Source: Candidatus Aminicenantes bacterium (GTDB lineage Bacteria; Acidobacteriota; Aminicenantia; UBA2199). Taken from it: a stretch of 64,000 bases of DNA. This document shows, in pieces, positions 8,701 to 20,372 of this stretch (within the stretch, counting starts at the first letter, position 1; each line of letters begins with the position of its first letter). The position numbers and the translations under genes were made by a program. The DNA lies in NCBI GenBank assembly GCA_018262835.1, contig JADFDP010000002.1, positions 34,873-98,872 of the forward strand. The letters run 5' to 3'. Under the pieces are notes generated by a model that made no database searches, was not told the origin of the DNA, and saw nothing but the letters and a program-made list of their open reading frames with translations.

Positions 8701-10605
8701 ATGGGTAAAAAGGGGGAAAAGGCGGGAAAAAGCCGCGATCTCATTGATGCCATTGCCGACCGCGTGGCCGTCACTGACCCGCAGGGAAGAATCCTGGAAG
8801 TCAACCAGGCCATGGTCAACTTCCACGGGCGGAGCCGCAAAGAGATCGTCGGCCGCAACTTCCTGGACCTGGTTGCCAAGGAAGACCGCGAAAGGATCTG
8901 GGAATGTTTTGCCACCACACTGGAACGCGGCTTCTCTAGCGCTTTTGAATACAAAAGCCTTTCTCCCTCCGGGGAGGAATCTTATTCCGAGGTGAATGCC
9001 CTGGTCATCCGCGACGCGGAAGGCCGGCCGCTGGAAATCGTGGCGGTGACCCGGGACATCACGCAGCGCAAGGTGGTAGAAAGGCAGCTGACCGAAAGCG
9101 AAGAGATGTACCGCACTCTGCTCGACAACATCTGGGAGGCGATATTCGAGGTCGATGAAAAAGGCATCGTCCGTTTCGTCAGCGCTGGCATCGAGCGCGT
9201 CATTGGCTACAAAGCCGATGAACTTTGCGGCCGAAATTTCATGGAATTCATTCACCCGGATGACAGAAAATTCCTTGCGGACCAATTCGATCTGGTGGCG
9301 CGCAACATCCTCGAGCCCAGCGAGTACCGCCTGATCGCCAAAAGCGGCGACAGCCGCTGGATATCTTCTTCCAGCCGGCCCATTTTCAGAGAAGGCAAAT
9401 TTCGCGGCCTCAACGGCATCCTGATCGATATCCACGAGCGCAAGATCGCCCAGCAGGAGTTGCAACGGCAGCAGGAACTTCTGCTGCAGGCGCAAAAGAT
9501 GGAAGCCATCGGCACGATGGCCGGCGGCATCGCCCATGATTTCAACAATCTGCTCATGGGCATCCAGGGCCGGGCTTCGCTCATGCTCAGGGACAGCGTC
9601 GTCGGTCAGCCGCATTACGCGCACCTCAAGGCGATCGAAGAGCATGTGCGCAGCGCCTCCGATCTGACGCGCCAGCTGCTTGGACTGGCGCGCGGCGGCA
9701 AGTACGAAGCCAGGCCTTCCGATCTGAACGAGTTGATCCGGCATATGGTCGAAATGTTCGGGCGCACGCGCAAGGAGATCACCCTCTTCTCCATGCTGGA
9801 ACCGCGGCTCTGGGTGGTGGAGATCGACCGCACCCAGATCGAGCAGGTGCTGCTGAATCTCCTGCTCAATGCCTGGCAGGCCATGCCCCAGGGCGGCCAG
9901 ATCACCGTGGATTCCCAGAACCTGGAGCTGCCGGAGAGTGAGGCGCGCACCCTCCAGGTCCGTCCCGGCCGCCTGGTCAGGGTCGGAGTGAGCGACCTGG
10001 GCGTCGGCATGGATGCGGAAACCCGCAGCCGCATTTTCGACCCTTTTTTCACGACCAAGGAGATGAAGCGTGGCACCGGCTTGGGCCTGGCATCAGCCTT
10101 TGGCATTGTCAAGAACCATGGCGGCATGCTCACCGTGCAAAGCAAGAAAGGAAGCGGCAGCACCTTCCATTTCTACCTGCCCGCTTCCGACAAGCCGATC
10201 GACAAGGTCCAGGAAGCCGCGCTGGAACCGGTGGGCGGCAATGAAACCATCCTGCTTATCGATGACGAGGAGATGATCCTCGACGTGGCCAGGCAGATGC
10301 TGGTCACCCTGGACTATACCGTCCTGACGGCCGGCGGCGGCAGCCAGGCCCTGGATGTTTTCCGGGAGAACCATGAGCGCATCGACCTGGTCATCCTGGA
10401 CATGATCATGCCCGGGATGAGCGGCGCCAGGGTTTTCGCCTGCCTGAAGGAGATCGACCCCGGCGCGCGCATCCTGCTTTCCAGCGGCTACAGCCTCAAC
10501 GGCCAGGCTGAGGAGATCATGCGCCGCGGCTGCCGGGGCTTCATCCAGAAGCCCTTCAACGTCAGGGACCTGGCGCTTAAACTCCGCGAGGTTCTAGACA
10601 GGTAG
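8701..10605 (+). CDS. PAS-PAS hybrid histidine kinase with receiver domain
   Basis: Two PAS/PAC domains, GGIAHDFNN H-box, FDPFFTTK, GTGLGL, receiver IDDE/DMIMP/QKPF. Confidence 0.93.
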   Translation: MGKKGEKAGKSRDLIDAIADRVAVTDPQGRILEVNQAMVNFHGRSRKEIVGRNFLDLVAKEDRERIWECFATTLERGFSSAFEYKSLSPSGEESYSEVNALVIRDAEGRPLEIVAVTRDITQRKVVERQLTESEEMYRTLLDNIWEAIFEVDEKGIVRFVSAGIERVIGYKADELCGRNFMEFIHPDDRKFLADQFDLVARNILEPSEYRLIAKSGDSRWISSSSRPIFREGKFRGLNGILIDIHERKIAQQELQRQQELLLQAQKMEAIGTMAGGIAHDFNNLLMGIQGRASLMLRDSVVGQPHYAHLKAIEEHVRSASDLTRQLLGLARGGKYEARPSDLNELIRHMVEMFGRTRKEITLFSMLEPRLWVVEIDRTQIEQVLLNLLLNAWQAMPQGGQITVDSQNLELPESEARTLQVRPGRLVRVGVSDLGVGMDAETRSRIFDPFFTTKEMKRGTGLGLASAFGIVKNHGGMLTVQSKKGSGSTFHFYLPASDKPIDKVQEAALEPVGGNETILLIDDEEMILDVARQMLVTLDYTVLTAGGGSQALDVFRENHERIDLVILDMIMPGMSGARVFACLKEIDPGARILLSSGYSLNGQAEEIMRRGCRGFIQKPFNVRDLALKLREVLDR

Positions 10606-10621
10606 CTCATCCTTTTGCGGC

Positions 10622-12352
10622 TCAGAACTTGAAAAACACAGGCAGCAGGATCAGTGTGATCAGGCTGTAAATCATCACCAGTGGCAGGCCGGCTTTCATA
10701 TAATCGCTGAATCTGTAGTTCCCGGGGCCGTAGACCATCAGGTTGGTCTGATAGCCGTGCGGAGTGAGGAAAGAGGCGCTGGCGCCGTAGGCCACGGCCA
10801 TGACGAGCGGCAGGGGGTCGACCTGCAGCGAGATCGCCGTGGAATAGGCTATGGGAAATGCCAGGGCCGCCGCGGCATTGTTGGTCACCATCTGGGTGAG
10901 CAGCAGGGTCAGGAAATACACGCCGACCAGGTTGGCGTAAGCTCCGTGTCCCTTGAAAAAAAACAGGATGCCGTCGGCGATAAGCGTCGAGGCGCCGCTG
11001 TCGAGCATGACCTTGGAAATCCCCAGGGCCGAGCCCACGAGCACGAAAATGTCGAGGTTGGCATTGCTGCGCAAATCCTCGATGCGGAAAAAACCCAGCA
11101 GGATGTAAAGGAACAGGACGATGGCCAGCGATTCGAGCAGCGGCAGCAGGTCCAGGGCGCTGGACAGGATAGCGGCGGTAAAAAGCGTTATTGCCAGGAT
11201 GCTGTCGCGCCGGGAAAGGTGCTGTTGCAGGTTGACCTTGTTGATCAGGTAAAAATTGTTTTTGAGGTTCTCCCTTTTGCCGAAATCAGGTCCCACGGCC
11301 AGGAGCAGGGTGTCGCCGGCCTCCAGCCGTATCTGACCGATCTTGCCCGAGAGCTTTTTGCTGCCGCGCCGCACGGCAACCACCGCGGCGTCGAACTTGG
11401 CGCGGAAATCCGCGGTTTTCACTTTTTTCCCCAGGAGCGTAGAGGTATGGGATAAGATCACTTCCCGGAGATTCTTCCTGAGCAAGCTGATGTTTTCCTC
11501 TTTGAATATGGCCAGGCGGTCGAAATTGCCGATGTCCTTTACCTTGTGCACTTCGCCGACGAAGACCAGGATGTCCCCGGCCTGGATGATCTCCTCGGGG
11601 CTGACCGGGGAGACCAGACGGTCGTTGCGGATCAGTTCCGCCAGGAAGAGGCTTTGCAGATTGCGGAACTTGTTGGCGGCAACGCTTTTGCCGATGTGGG
11701 CGGAATGCTCCAACACCCGGGCTTCCAGGAAATAATTGTCACGGCGGATCTTGGGCGCGGCTGCGGTCGCCGGCAGCAGCCAATGGGAAAAAAACGCGAT
11801 ATAAATGAATCCGCCCAGGCACAGGGGAATGCCCACGTAGGCGAACTGGAAGATCCCCAGCCCCTTCATCCCGGCTTCCAGGGCCAGGCCGTTGACGACC
11901 AGGTTGGTCGAGGTGCCGATCAGGGTGATGGTACCCCCAAGGATGGCTGTATAGGAAAGCGGCAGCAGCAGTTTGCCTGGGGGAAAATGGCGGTTGTTTC
12001 TCAGCGGTCCCAGGAACGAGGCCACCACGGCGGTGTTGTTCATGAAGGCTGAGAGGGGAAAGATGCACAGGCACAGGCGGGCCAGCGACCGGTTCAGCGA
12101 GCGGAAGTCAAAGACCAGTCGGCTCATCCAGGCCGTGAGCGGCGTTTTTTCGATCACGGCGGCGGCCTGCATGACCAGCATCAGGGTCACCAGGGCCGGG
12201 TTGACGAATTGGGCGAGCAGCTCCCCGGCCGAGATCCCGCCGGTCAGGAAGAACACGAACAGTGCGGCCGCAAAAAGGAAAGCCGGGTGGGTACGGGTCC
12301 GGATCAGCAGCAGGAACAGCAGGACGATTACGGCGATGACAAAATAGGCGAT
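10622..12352 (-). CDS. SLC13/CitMHS-type permease with two TrkA-C domains
   Basis: SAFMNNT, GTSTNL, VTNNAAA, PHGYQTNLMVYGPG motifs; start uncertain (probably ATC at 12352). Confidence 0.88.
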   Translation of the reverse strand: MAYFVIAVIVLLFLLLIRTRTHPAFLFAAALFVFFLTGGISAGELLAQFVNPALVTLMLVMQAAAVIEKTPLTAWMSRLVFDFRSLNRSLARLCLCIFPLSAFMNNTAVVASFLGPLRNNRHFPPGKLLLPLSYTAILGGTITLIGTSTNLVVNGLALEAGMKGLGIFQFAYVGIPLCLGGFIYIAFFSHWLLPATAAAPKIRRDNYFLEARVLEHSAHIGKSVAANKFRNLQSLFLAELIRNDRLVSPVSPEEIIQAGDILVFVGEVHKVKDIGNFDRLAIFKEENISLLRKNLREVILSHTSTLLGKKVKTADFRAKFDAAVVAVRRGSKKLSGKIGQIRLEAGDTLLLAVGPDFGKRENLKNNFYLINKVNLQQHLSRRDSILAITLFTAAILSSALDLLPLLESLAIVLFLYILLGFFRIEDLRSNANLDIFVLVGSALGISKVMLDSGASTLIADGILFFFKGHGAYANLVGVYFLTLLLTQMVTNNAAAALAFPIAYSTAISLQVDPLPLVMAVAYGASASFLTPHGYQTNLMVYGPGNYRFSDYMKAGLPLVMIYSLITLILLPVFFKF

Positions 12353-12470
12353 GGCAACCTCCCGGCAAAGCCTAGTTTTACTAAAAAAGCCCTTTAAATG
12401 CAAGCCGATGGCCTGCGGCCGCGGCCGGCGCAGAGTTGACCGCCCGGGCTTTTTCTGCTACAAAAGAGCC

Positions 12471-13529
12471 ATGACAGTCGAACAGTTCCTGCCGGCCCTG
12501 CATTTCGGCGACGCCATCGGCAATTCGGCCCTGGCTTTGCACCGCTTTTTGCAGGGGTGCGGCATCGAAAGCCGGCTGGTGGCCATGACCTGCGATGAAT
12601 GTCTCAGGGACCAGGCCGTGTTGTTCGCTGACTACCGTCTCGATGCCCAATCCATCAAAATCATGCATTTTGCCGTCGCCTCGCAGCTCACAGATTTTTT
12701 TTTGGAATTGAAAGGGAAAAAGGTGCTGATTTATCACAACATCACTCCGGCGCATTTCTTTGTCGGTTATTCCGATTTTTTGGTGCGCTTTGTTACCGCC
12801 GGCCGCGAACATCTGGGCCGGCTCAGCGATTGCTTCGATCTGTCCCTGGGGGTATCGCAGTACAACGCCGGCGAACTGCGCGATCTGGGGTTCCATGATG
12901 TCCGGGTCTTTCCCCTGCTGGTCAACCTCGATGACTACGGCCAGGAACCCAGCCGGGCCTATATGGAGTTGCTGAAAAACGAACGGAAAAACATTCTGTT
13001 CGCCGGCCGGTTCATGCCGAACAAAAAAATTGAAGACCTGATCAAGGTGGTTTTTTTCTATAAAAAATATATTTCCCCGGCCGTGCGTTTGATCTTGCTC
13101 GGCAATACCAACACTTTGCCCAAATATTACCTGGCCGTCAAGGATCTGGCGGCGCGCTTTTATCTGACCGCCGAAGACGTTTTGTTCACCGGCCACTTGC
13201 CCCAGGATGAATTCCTGTCCGTCTTCCGCCTGGCCGATGTCTTCCTTTCCATGAGCGAGCATGAGGGCTTTTGCCTGCCACTGCTTGAGAGCTGCTATTT
13301 TCAGGTGCCGGTGCTGGCTTTTGATGCGGCGGCTGTGGCTGAAACCTTGGCCGGGGCCGGGATCTTGTTCTGTGACAAGGATGCCGCGCTGACGGCCGGC
13401 CTGGTGGAGCAGGTCCTGGAAAACGAGCCGCTGCGCCGGCAGTTGCGAGCGCGGGCCGTTGATCGGATCAAGGGTTACCGGCGCCTGGCCGATCCTGCGC
13501 AGTTGCTGGATTGGCTGCGGCAGTTGTGA
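12471..13529 (+). CDS. GT4 family glycosyltransferase
   Basis: GDAIGN, YHNITP, GRFMPNKK, SEHEGFCLPLLE. Confidence 0.9.
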   Translation: MTVEQFLPALHFGDAIGNSALALHRFLQGCGIESRLVAMTCDECLRDQAVLFADYRLDAQSIKIMHFAVASQLTDFFLELKGKKVLIYHNITPAHFFVGYSDFLVRFVTAGREHLGRLSDCFDLSLGVSQYNAGELRDLGFHDVRVFPLLVNLDDYGQEPSRAYMELLKNERKNILFAGRFMPNKKIEDLIKVVFFYKKYISPAVRLILLGNTNTLPKYYLAVKDLAARFYLTAEDVLFTGHLPQDEFLSVFRLADVFLSMSEHEGFCLPLLESCYFQVPVLAFDAAAVAETLAGAGILFCDKDAALTAGLVEQVLENEPLRRQLRARAVDRIKGYRRLADPAQLLDWLRQL

Positions 13530-13533
13530 AGCG

Positions 13534-14712
13534 ATGATCTCCGTCGGCATTGTGGTCCAGCGTTACGGCAATGAAGTGGTCGGCGGAGCCGAGACCCTGG
13601 CCCGCAATGTAGCGGAAAGGCTGATCCGGCTGGGTTTCCGCGTGACTGTTTTCACCACCTGCGCCAAGGATTATCTCACTTGGCGCAATGAATATCCCTC
13701 CGGCGAATCGATCCTGAAAGGCGTACGGATCCAACGCTTCCCCGTGACCCGTGAGCGCGATATCGCGGATTTCAACCGTTTTTCCGAAAAGATTTTTTCT
13801 GCCGCTGCTGCGGAACTCGATGAGCAAAAGTGGTTCGCCGAACAGGGCCCCTTCTCCCCCGACTTGATCCAGGCGCTGGCTGCAGGACAAAAGGATATCG
13901 ATCTTTTTATCTTTTTTACCTACCTTTACTATCCGACCGTCGAAGGGATCAAGGCGGTTGGCAAACCGGTTATCCTGTTTCCCACCGCCCATGACGAGCC
14001 TCCTCTCCATCTGCGGGCCATGGGCGAGGTCTTCCGCCGTCCCCAGGCCATCTTTTTTTTGACCCAGGCCGAAATGGACATGGTGAACCGGTTCTTCGCA
14101 CCGCCGGGAAAGATGCGTTTGGTGCGCACCGGCCTGGATATACGTCCTGATGTCGATGACAAGCCATTCCGCCGTCGTTATATGCTGATCGCCCCCTACC
14201 TGCTCTATGCCGGCCGCATCGAAAAAGGCAAGGGGCTGGAAGCGGTTTTCGAATATTATTCGGCATTGAAAAACGAGGCCTATGTGGACCTGGTCCTGAT
14301 AGGGAAAAAGCTGATGGATATCCCCGCCAGCCAGGGATTGAAATATCTGGGCTATGTTTCTGAAAGCGGCAAGCTGGCCGCGTTCAAGGGTGCCGTGCTC
14401 TCCGTGCAGCCTTCGCCGCTGGAAAGTCTTTCCATTACTACCCTGGAATCTTTTTCCGTGCAGACGCCGGTGCTGGCCAATCGCCGTTGCCCGGCCCTGC
14501 TGGAGCACGTCGAAAATTCCGGGGCGGGACTGGCCTACGGCAACGGAGAGGAATTTTTAGAGGGATTCCGGCGGCTGTATCGCCGGCCGGCATTGCGCAG
14601 GCAGATGGGGGCGAAGGGCCTGGAATATGTAAGAAAATATTATTCCTGGGATGTGGTGATGAAGGAGATCCAGGCGGGGATTGCAGAGGTCTTGGAAACA
14701 AAAAAGGCCTAA
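13534..14712 (+). CDS. GT4 family glycosyltransferase
   Basis: [39 protein letters not shown]. Confidence 0.9.
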   Translation: MISVGIVVQRYGNEVVGGAETLARNVAERLIRLGFRVTVFTTCAKDYLTWRNEYPSGESILKGVRIQRFPVTRERDIADFNRFSEKIFSAAAAELDEQKWFAEQGPFSPDLIQALAAGQKDIDLFIFFTYLYYPTVEGIKAVGKPVILFPTAHDEPPLHLRAMGEVFRRPQAIFFLTQAEMDMVNRFFAPPGKMRLVRTGLDIRPDVDDKPFRRRYMLIAPYLLYAGRIEKGKGLEAVFEYYSALKNEAYVDLVLIGKKLMDIPASQGLKYLGYVSESGKLAAFKGAVLSVQPSPLESLSITTLESFSVQTPVLANRRCPALLEHVENSGAGLAYGNGEEFLEGFRRLYRRPALRRQMGAKGLEYVRKYYSWDVVMKEIQAGIAEVLETKKA

Positions 14713-14717
14713 ACTCA

Positions 14718-14963
14718 GAACTCGGTGTACGGTTTACGGCAGAAGGTGGACGGTAGGAATCAAAGCACCAAAATACAAGCACCAAATTCCAAATAAATTC
14801 CAAGTTCCAAATTCCAATGTCCAAAACAAGGACATTTACAGTGCTTTTTCTTCGTTTGGGTCATTGGGTCATTGGATATTGGAGCTTGTTTGTGATTTGG
14901 TGCGTGGTGCTTGGAATTTTAGTCTTACCGTCCGCTGTCCGCCGTCCGCCGTGAACCGAGTTC
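14718..14963. repeat. Nested heptamer-based imperfect palindrome between convergent genes
   Basis: Outer arms gaactcggt...acggtagga / tcttaccgt...accgagttc; inner arms (AAATTCC)n-like / (TCATTGG)n-like. Confidence 0.8.
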
Positions 14964-14973
14964 GCTCGAGCTC

Positions 14974-16245
14974 TTACATCCCCTTGGACATCATATTGAT
15001 GAACTCGGCGTTGGATTTGGTCTTGGATAACTTTTCCACCAGCAGTTCCATGGCTTCGACCTCGGACATCTGTGAAAGCACTTTGCGCAGGACCCAGATC
15101 TTGCTCAGCTCCTCGCGTTCGATCAGCAGTTCTTCCTTGCGAGTCCCGGAGCGGAACAAGTCGATGGCCGGGAAGACGCGCTTGTCTACGAGCCGGCGGT
15201 CGAGATTGATCTCCATGTTGCCCGTGCCCTTGAATTCCTCGAAAATGACCTCATCCATGCGGCTGCCGGTGTCGACCAGGGCCGTGGCCAGGATGGTCAG
15301 ACTGCCGCCGCCTTCGATGTTCCTGGCGGCGCCAAAGAACTTTTTCGGCTTGTTCAGCGCGTTGGCGTCTATGCCGCCTGACAACACCTTGCCCGAAGCC
15401 GGTGTGATGGCGTTGTGGGCCCGGGCCAGGCGGGTGATCGAATCCAAAAGGATGACCACGTCCTTGCCCATTTCCACCATGCGTTTGGCTTTTTCCAGCA
15501 CGATGTCGGCCACTTTGGTATGGCGCAGGGGTATTTCATCGAAAGTCGAGGCGATGACTTCGCCCTTGACGTTGCGGCTCATGTCGGTGACTTCTTCAGG
15601 CCTTTCGTCGATCAGCAGGACGATGAGATTGATCTCCGGATGATTGACCTCGATGGATTTGGCGATGCTCTGCAGGATCATGGTCTTGCCGGTGCGGGGA
15701 GCGGCGACGATCAGGCCGCGCTGCCCCTTGCCCAGGGGAGTAAGCAGGTTCATCACCCGGCCGGACATGTTCTCGGGACCGGTTTCCAGGTTGATCTTGT
15801 CGTCGGGATACAGGGGCGTCAATTTTTCGAACCTGACGTTGCGGCGCTTTTCGGTCACTGTTTCCGGGTCCTCGTTATTGACCGCCTCCACGCTCAGTAG
15901 GGCGAAGTATTTTTCCCCGGTTTTGGGCGGGCGGACCGAGCCGGATACCGTGTCGCCGGTGCGCAGGTCGAACTTGTTCACCTGGGAAGGGGAAACGTAG
16001 ATGTCCTCCGGGCTGGTCAGGTAAGCGTACTCCTGGAAGCGCAGAAAGCCGTAGCCCTCACTGTGCACTTCGATGACCCCTTCGGCGAACAGTTTGCCGC
16101 TGGCGCGGGCCTGGACGTCCAGGATCTTGAAAAACATTGAATTTTTATCGTTGATGTCCTTTTCGTCGATTTCCAGTTCCTTGACCAGCTTTTTCAATTC
16201 CAGCGCTTTCAAGTTTTGCAGATCTTTTAATGAATACATAGTCAC
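14974..16245 (-). CDS. rho: Transcription termination factor Rho
   Basis: [45 protein letters not shown]. Confidence 0.99.
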   Translation of the reverse strand: MTMYSLKDLQNLKALELKKLVKELEIDEKDINDKNSMFFKILDVQARASGKLFAEGVIEVHSEGYGFLRFQEYAYLTSPEDIYVSPSQVNKFDLRTGDTVSGSVRPPKTGEKYFALLSVEAVNNEDPETVTEKRRNVRFEKLTPLYPDDKINLETGPENMSGRVMNLLTPLGKGQRGLIVAAPRTGKTMILQSIAKSIEVNHPEINLIVLLIDERPEEVTDMSRNVKGEVIASTFDEIPLRHTKVADIVLEKAKRMVEMGKDVVILLDSITRLARAHNAITPASGKVLSGGIDANALNKPKKFFGAARNIEGGGSLTILATALVDTGSRMDEVIFEEFKGTGNMEINLDRRLVDKRVFPAIDLFRSGTRKEELLIEREELSKIWVLRKVLSQMSEVEAMELLVEKLSKTKSNAEFINMMSKGM

Positions 16246-16814
16246 TCCTTTATGGCCTCATTTATATGTTTCCAAATTTCATTCTTTCCCGCTTGCGCTT
16301 TGATTGAAAAGGAAATGGTTTGCAAGCCGAATTTTTTTTTGAGTTGCGTATTGAGGTTTTTTTGTTCAGAAAATGATATTTTATCACTCTTGGTTAGAAT
16401 TGTCAAGACGGGAAATTTTTTTTCCACGATCTGCGCCAGAGTGTCCAGATCGGGAGGCAGGAAGCCGCGCCGGGAGTCGATGAGCAGGGCCGCTAAACGG
16501 ACATTATCCGCCTGGTTCAAAAAATCGGCGATCAGCTTGCGTACCCGGGCGCTTTCGCTTTTCGAAACCTTGGCGAACCCGTAGCCGGGCAGGTCGGCGA
16601 AAAGCAGTTTGCCGTCGATCAGGTAATAGTTGATGCTCAGGGTTTTTCCGGGCGTGGAGCTTGTCTTGGCCAGCTTGTGCTCGAGCAAGGCATTGATCAG
16701 CGATGATTTGCCCACATTGGAGCGGCCGAAGAACAGGACCTTAGGCCGGTTGTCCCTGGGGAGCTGGCTCTGATTGAAGAAAGTCCCGGCAAGTTCGGAT
16801 TTCTTTATGTTCAT
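16242..16814 (-). CDS. engB: Ribosome biogenesis GTPase YihA/YsxC
   Basis: [28 protein letters not shown]; downstream of lon. Confidence 0.95.
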   Translation of the reverse strand: MNIKKSELAGTFFNQSQLPRDNRPKVLFFGRSNVGKSSLINALLEHKLAKTSSTPGKTLSINYYLIDGKLLFADLPGYGFAKVSKSESARVRKLIADFLNQADNVRLAALLIDSRRGFLPPDLDTLAQIVEKKFPVLTILTKSDKISFSEQKNLNTQLKKKFGLQTISFSIKAQAGKNEIWKHINEAIKE

Positions 16815-16830
16815 TTGGCTGATTCGGTGC

Positions 16831-19161
16831 TTATTGTAAATTCGCCTCTTGCAGCGGCCGGATGACCTTGCTTCTGATATTTTTAATCTTGATGGGATTT
16901 TCCAGGACGATATCCAGAAGCTCATCCATGGTGTCGACTGGGTGGATCTGGATGTCATTTTTCAGTTCTTCGGGAATATCCTCGCGAAAATCCTTTTCAT
17001 TCTCCGAAGGTATCAGGATGTTCTTGATGCCATAGCGGTGGGCAGCGATGATCTTTTCCTTAATGCCGCCGACCGGCAGGATCTTGCCGCGCAGGGTGAT
17101 CTCGCCGGTCATGGCGTAGTCGGACCTGACCGGGATGCCGGTCAGCAGGGAGATCAGTGAAACGGCCAAAGTGACGCCCGCCGAAGGCCCCTCTTTGGGC
17201 ACGGCGCCTTCGGGGATATGCAGGTGAATGTCATAATTTTTCAGTTCTTCCGTATCCAGTTCCAGTTCAAAAAGCTTCAGCTTGGTGTAGCTGAAAGCGG
17301 CCGATGAGGATTCCTTCATTACTTCGCCCAGGCGGCCGGTCAGGATCAATTCCCCCTTGCCTTTCAGCATGCGGGCTTCCACCACCAGGATGTCGCCGCC
17401 GGCCGCGGTCCAGGCCAGGCCCATGGCCACGCCGATCTCGTTGCTGTGGAATATCTTCTGGTTGCTGTATTTGGCGATGCCTAGGTATTTCTGCAGCAAG
17501 GCCCGGTCGATGATCTTGTTTTCTTTTTCCTTGCTCTTTTTACCTGCTTCAATGATGCTGCGGGCGGTTTTTCTCATGATGACGGCGATTTCACGTTCCA
17601 GGTTGCGCACCCCGGCTTCGCGAGTGTACTCGTTGATGATGCTCAGCAGGATGTCGTCGCCGATCTGGATCTCGTCCGGCGAAAAACCGTTTTTTTCCGC
17701 CTGTTTTTTCAGCAGAAAATTCTTGGCGATCTGCAGCTTTTCCCTTTCGGTATAGCCCGGGAGTTCGATGACCTCCATGCGGTCCAGCAGGGCCGGGGGG
17801 ATGTTGTCGGCAAAGTTGGCCGTGGTGATGAAAAAAACCTGGGACAGGTCCATCTCCAGGTCCAGGTAATGGTCGGTGAACTCGGCATTCTGCTCGGGAT
17901 CCAGAGCTTCCAGCAGCGCCGAAGCCGGGTCGCCGCGGAAATCCGAATTCAGCTTGTCGATCTCGTCGAGCAAGAAGACCGGGTTCATGCTGGCGGCTTT
18001 TTTCAGGCCCTTGACGATCTGGCCTGGATAGGAACCGATGTAGGTGCGGCGGTGGCCGCGAATTTCCGCCTCATCCTTGACTCCGCCCAGCGAAACACGG
18101 ACGAATTTGCGGTCCAGGGCCCGGGCGATGGATTTGGAGAGGGAACTCTTGCCTACGCCCGGCGGGCCGACAAAGCAGAGGATCTCGCCTTCCGCTTTCT
18201 TGACCAGCAACCGCACGGCCAGGTAGTCCAGAATCCGGTCCTTGACCTTGCGCAGTCCGTAATGGTCCTCATCAAGAATCTGCGCCGCCCGCTGGATATC
18301 CTTGTTTTCCTTTTTGAATTTTTTCCAGGGGATGGCCAGCAGCCAGTCCAGGTAATACCGGGAAACCGTGCCTTCGGCCGAAAACGGCGGCATGGCGGCC
18401 AGGCGTTCCAGTTCCTCTTCGGCCCGGATATTGACGTACTCGGGCAGCTGGGCCGTAGCGATCTTTTTTTTGTATTCTTCGTAATCGGTCTCCTGGCCTT
18501 CCTCGCGCTTCAGCTTGGGTTCGATGTCCCGCTGGCTTCTGAGCTGCAGGACCTCCTTCTTCAAGATATTGTAGACCCGGACGCCGCGGGCATACGTGTT
18601 CAATTCCTCCAACAGCGATTGCTTGATCTTCAGGGGGATGTTGATGATGGAGATGATGATGTCCGAGGCGTCGGACAGTTGGCTGGGTTTGAGCCGGGTC
18701 ATGATGCCCGGCAGGCGGACCCGCTTCAAATTGATGTATTCTTCGAACAAGGCGATCAGGTTGCGTGAAAGCTCCAGCAGATCTTTGCCGCTTTCGGCGC
18801 GTTCCTCCAAAATGTCCAGCCGCACCAGGTAAAAATCGCGGCTGTCTGCATAACTGAGGATTTGCCCCCTTTTCAAGCCCTGAACGACGATGCGGTAACT
18901 GCCGTTGTTCTGCTCGGCCGATTTTTCGATCTTGGCGATGGTACCGGTTTCGTACATTTCTTCGGGAAGCGGCGCTTCGGTGACCTGGTTTTTCTGCGCC
19001 GCCAGGAAAATGTAGCCGCTGTAGGTGTTCAGCGACGCTTTCAGGGCGTTGACCGATTTGTCGCGGCCCACAAGGATGGGCACGATGACGGTGGGGAAGG
19101 CCACCAGCTCCCGCAGGGGGATCAGGGGCAGAATCAGTTCCTTACTGTTCAGGCGATCCAT
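16831..19161 (-). CDS. lon: ATP-dependent Lon protease (paralogue 1, atypical)
   Basis: LON N domain, [38 protein letters not shown]. Confidence 0.95.
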   Translation of the reverse strand: MDRLNSKELILPLIPLRELVAFPTVIVPILVGRDKSVNALKASLNTYSGYIFLAAQKNQVTEAPLPEEMYETGTIAKIEKSAEQNNGSYRIVVQGLKRGQILSYADSRDFYLVRLDILEERAESGKDLLELSRNLIALFEEYINLKRVRLPGIMTRLKPSQLSDASDIIISIINIPLKIKQSLLEELNTYARGVRVYNILKKEVLQLRSQRDIEPKLKREEGQETDYEEYKKKIATAQLPEYVNIRAEEELERLAAMPPFSAEGTVSRYYLDWLLAIPWKKFKKENKDIQRAAQILDEDHYGLRKVKDRILDYLAVRLLVKKAEGEILCFVGPPGVGKSSLSKSIARALDRKFVRVSLGGVKDEAEIRGHRRTYIGSYPGQIVKGLKKAASMNPVFLLDEIDKLNSDFRGDPASALLEALDPEQNAEFTDHYLDLEMDLSQVFFITTANFADNIPPALLDRMEVIELPGYTEREKLQIAKNFLLKKQAEKNGFSPDEIQIGDDILLSIINEYTREAGVRNLEREIAVIMRKTARSIIEAGKKSKEKENKIIDRALLQKYLGIAKYSNQKIFHSNEIGVAMGLAWTAAGGDILVVEARMLKGKGELILTGRLGEVMKESSSAAFSYTKLKLFELELDTEELKNYDIHLHIPEGAVPKEGPSAGVTLAVSLISLLTGIPVRSDYAMTGEITLRGKILPVGGIKEKIIAAHRYGIKNILIPSENEKDFREDIPEELKNDIQIHPVDTMDELLDIVLENPIKIKNIRSKVIRPLQEANLQ

Positions 19162-20372
19162 TTTTTATCTTTAAGAAAATCTCCGTCGATCAGCACTTTG
19201 CTGAGCTGGTCTTTTTTGGAAGGGATCTCGAACATGAGGTCGAGCATGATCTCTTCAAAAATGGCGCGCAGCCCCCGGGCGCCGACGCCGCGGACGGTGG
19301 CCTGCTCGGTGATCTTCTCCAGCGCTTCCTTGGAAAATTCCAGATCCACTCCGTCCATCTTGAAAAGGGCCTTGAATTGCTTGGTGATGGCATCCTTGGG
19401 CTCCAGCAGGATGCGGTACAGCTGTTCCTTGTCGAGCTCATTGAGAACCCCCGTCACCGAGAAGCGGCCGACCAGCTCCGGGATCAGGCCGTAGCGGATC
19501 AGGTCGTCGGTTTGAACTTGCTCGAAGATGTCGGCGCGGAAATGGCGGCCCTTTTCCCTGCTTTCCTTGTTGGTGCCGAAGCCGATCAGGTTTTTTTTCA
19601 GGCGCCGCTGGATGATCTTTTCCAGGCCCACGAAGGCGCCGCCGGCTATGAACAATATGTTCCGGGTATCGATCTTTAAAAATTCCTGATACGGGTGCTT
19701 GCGCCCGCCCAGGGGCGGCACGTTGGCCACGGTGCCTTCGACGATTTTGAGCAACGCCTGCTGCACGCCTTCCCCGGACACATCGCGGGTGATGGAGGGG
19801 TTTTCGCTTTTTCGCGAGATTTTGTCCAGTTCGTCGATATAAATGATACCCTTTTCCGCCAGTTCCTTGTTTTCGCCGGCGGCCTGGTAGAGTTTCAGCA
19901 GAATGTTTTCCACGTCTTCGCCCACATAGCCCGCTTCGGTGAGGGTGGTGGCGTCGGCCATGGCGAATGGGACGTCGAGGATTTTAGCCAGGGTTTCGGC
20001 CAGCAGGGTTTTGCCGGTCCCGGTTGGACCGATCAACAGGACATTGCTCTTGCGGATATCCACCTTGGCCAAGTTCTGGTTGTGGCTGGTCCTTTTGTAG
20101 TGGTTGTACACGGCCACGGCCAGCTTTTTCTTGGCCGTGTCCTGGGAAATGATGTATTCGTCGAGCTTGCCCTTGATCTCAACCGGGGTCAGGAGTTTGA
20201 ATTTTTTTCCGCTGACCGGGGGTTTTGGCGATTCCCCGCCGCTGAAGATCAGGTTGTAGGCGGTTTTTGTGCATTCGTCGCAGATGTACACCCCGGGGCC
20301 GGCGATCAGTTTCATGGCTCGCGATTGGGGGATGCCGCAAAAACTGCAGCGGGCTTCTTTCTCTTCCTTCAT
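19149..20372 (-). CDS. clpX: Clp protease ATP-binding subunit ClpX
   Basis: C4 zinc finger, [33 protein letters not shown] loop. Confidence 0.99.
   Translation of the reverse strand: MKEEKEARCSFCGIPQSRAMKLIAGPGVYICDECTKTAYNLIFSGGESPKPPVSGKKFKLLTPVEIKGKLDEYIISQDTAKKKLAVAVYNHYKRTSHNQNLAKVDIRKSNVLLIGPTGTGKTLLAETLAKILDVPFAMADATTLTEAGYVGEDVENILLKLYQAAGENKELAEKGIIYIDELDKISRKSENPSITRDVSGEGVQQALLKIVEGTVANVPPLGGRKHPYQEFLKIDTRNILFIAGGAFVGLEKIIQRRLKKNLIGFGTNKESREKGRHFRADIFEQVQTDDLIRYGLIPELVGRFSVTGVLNELDKEQLYRILLEPKDAITKQFKALFKMDGVDLEFSKEALEKITEQATVRGVGARGLRAIFEEIMLDLMFEIPSKKDQLSKVLIDGDFLKDKKWIA

Noticed and set aside
14718..14963. Possible CRISPR array
   Set aside because: 7-bp periodic arms with no repeat-spacer structure and no cas genes
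14681..15643. ORF crossing the heptamer palindrome
   Set aside because: Translation of repeat DNA plus the antisense of rho
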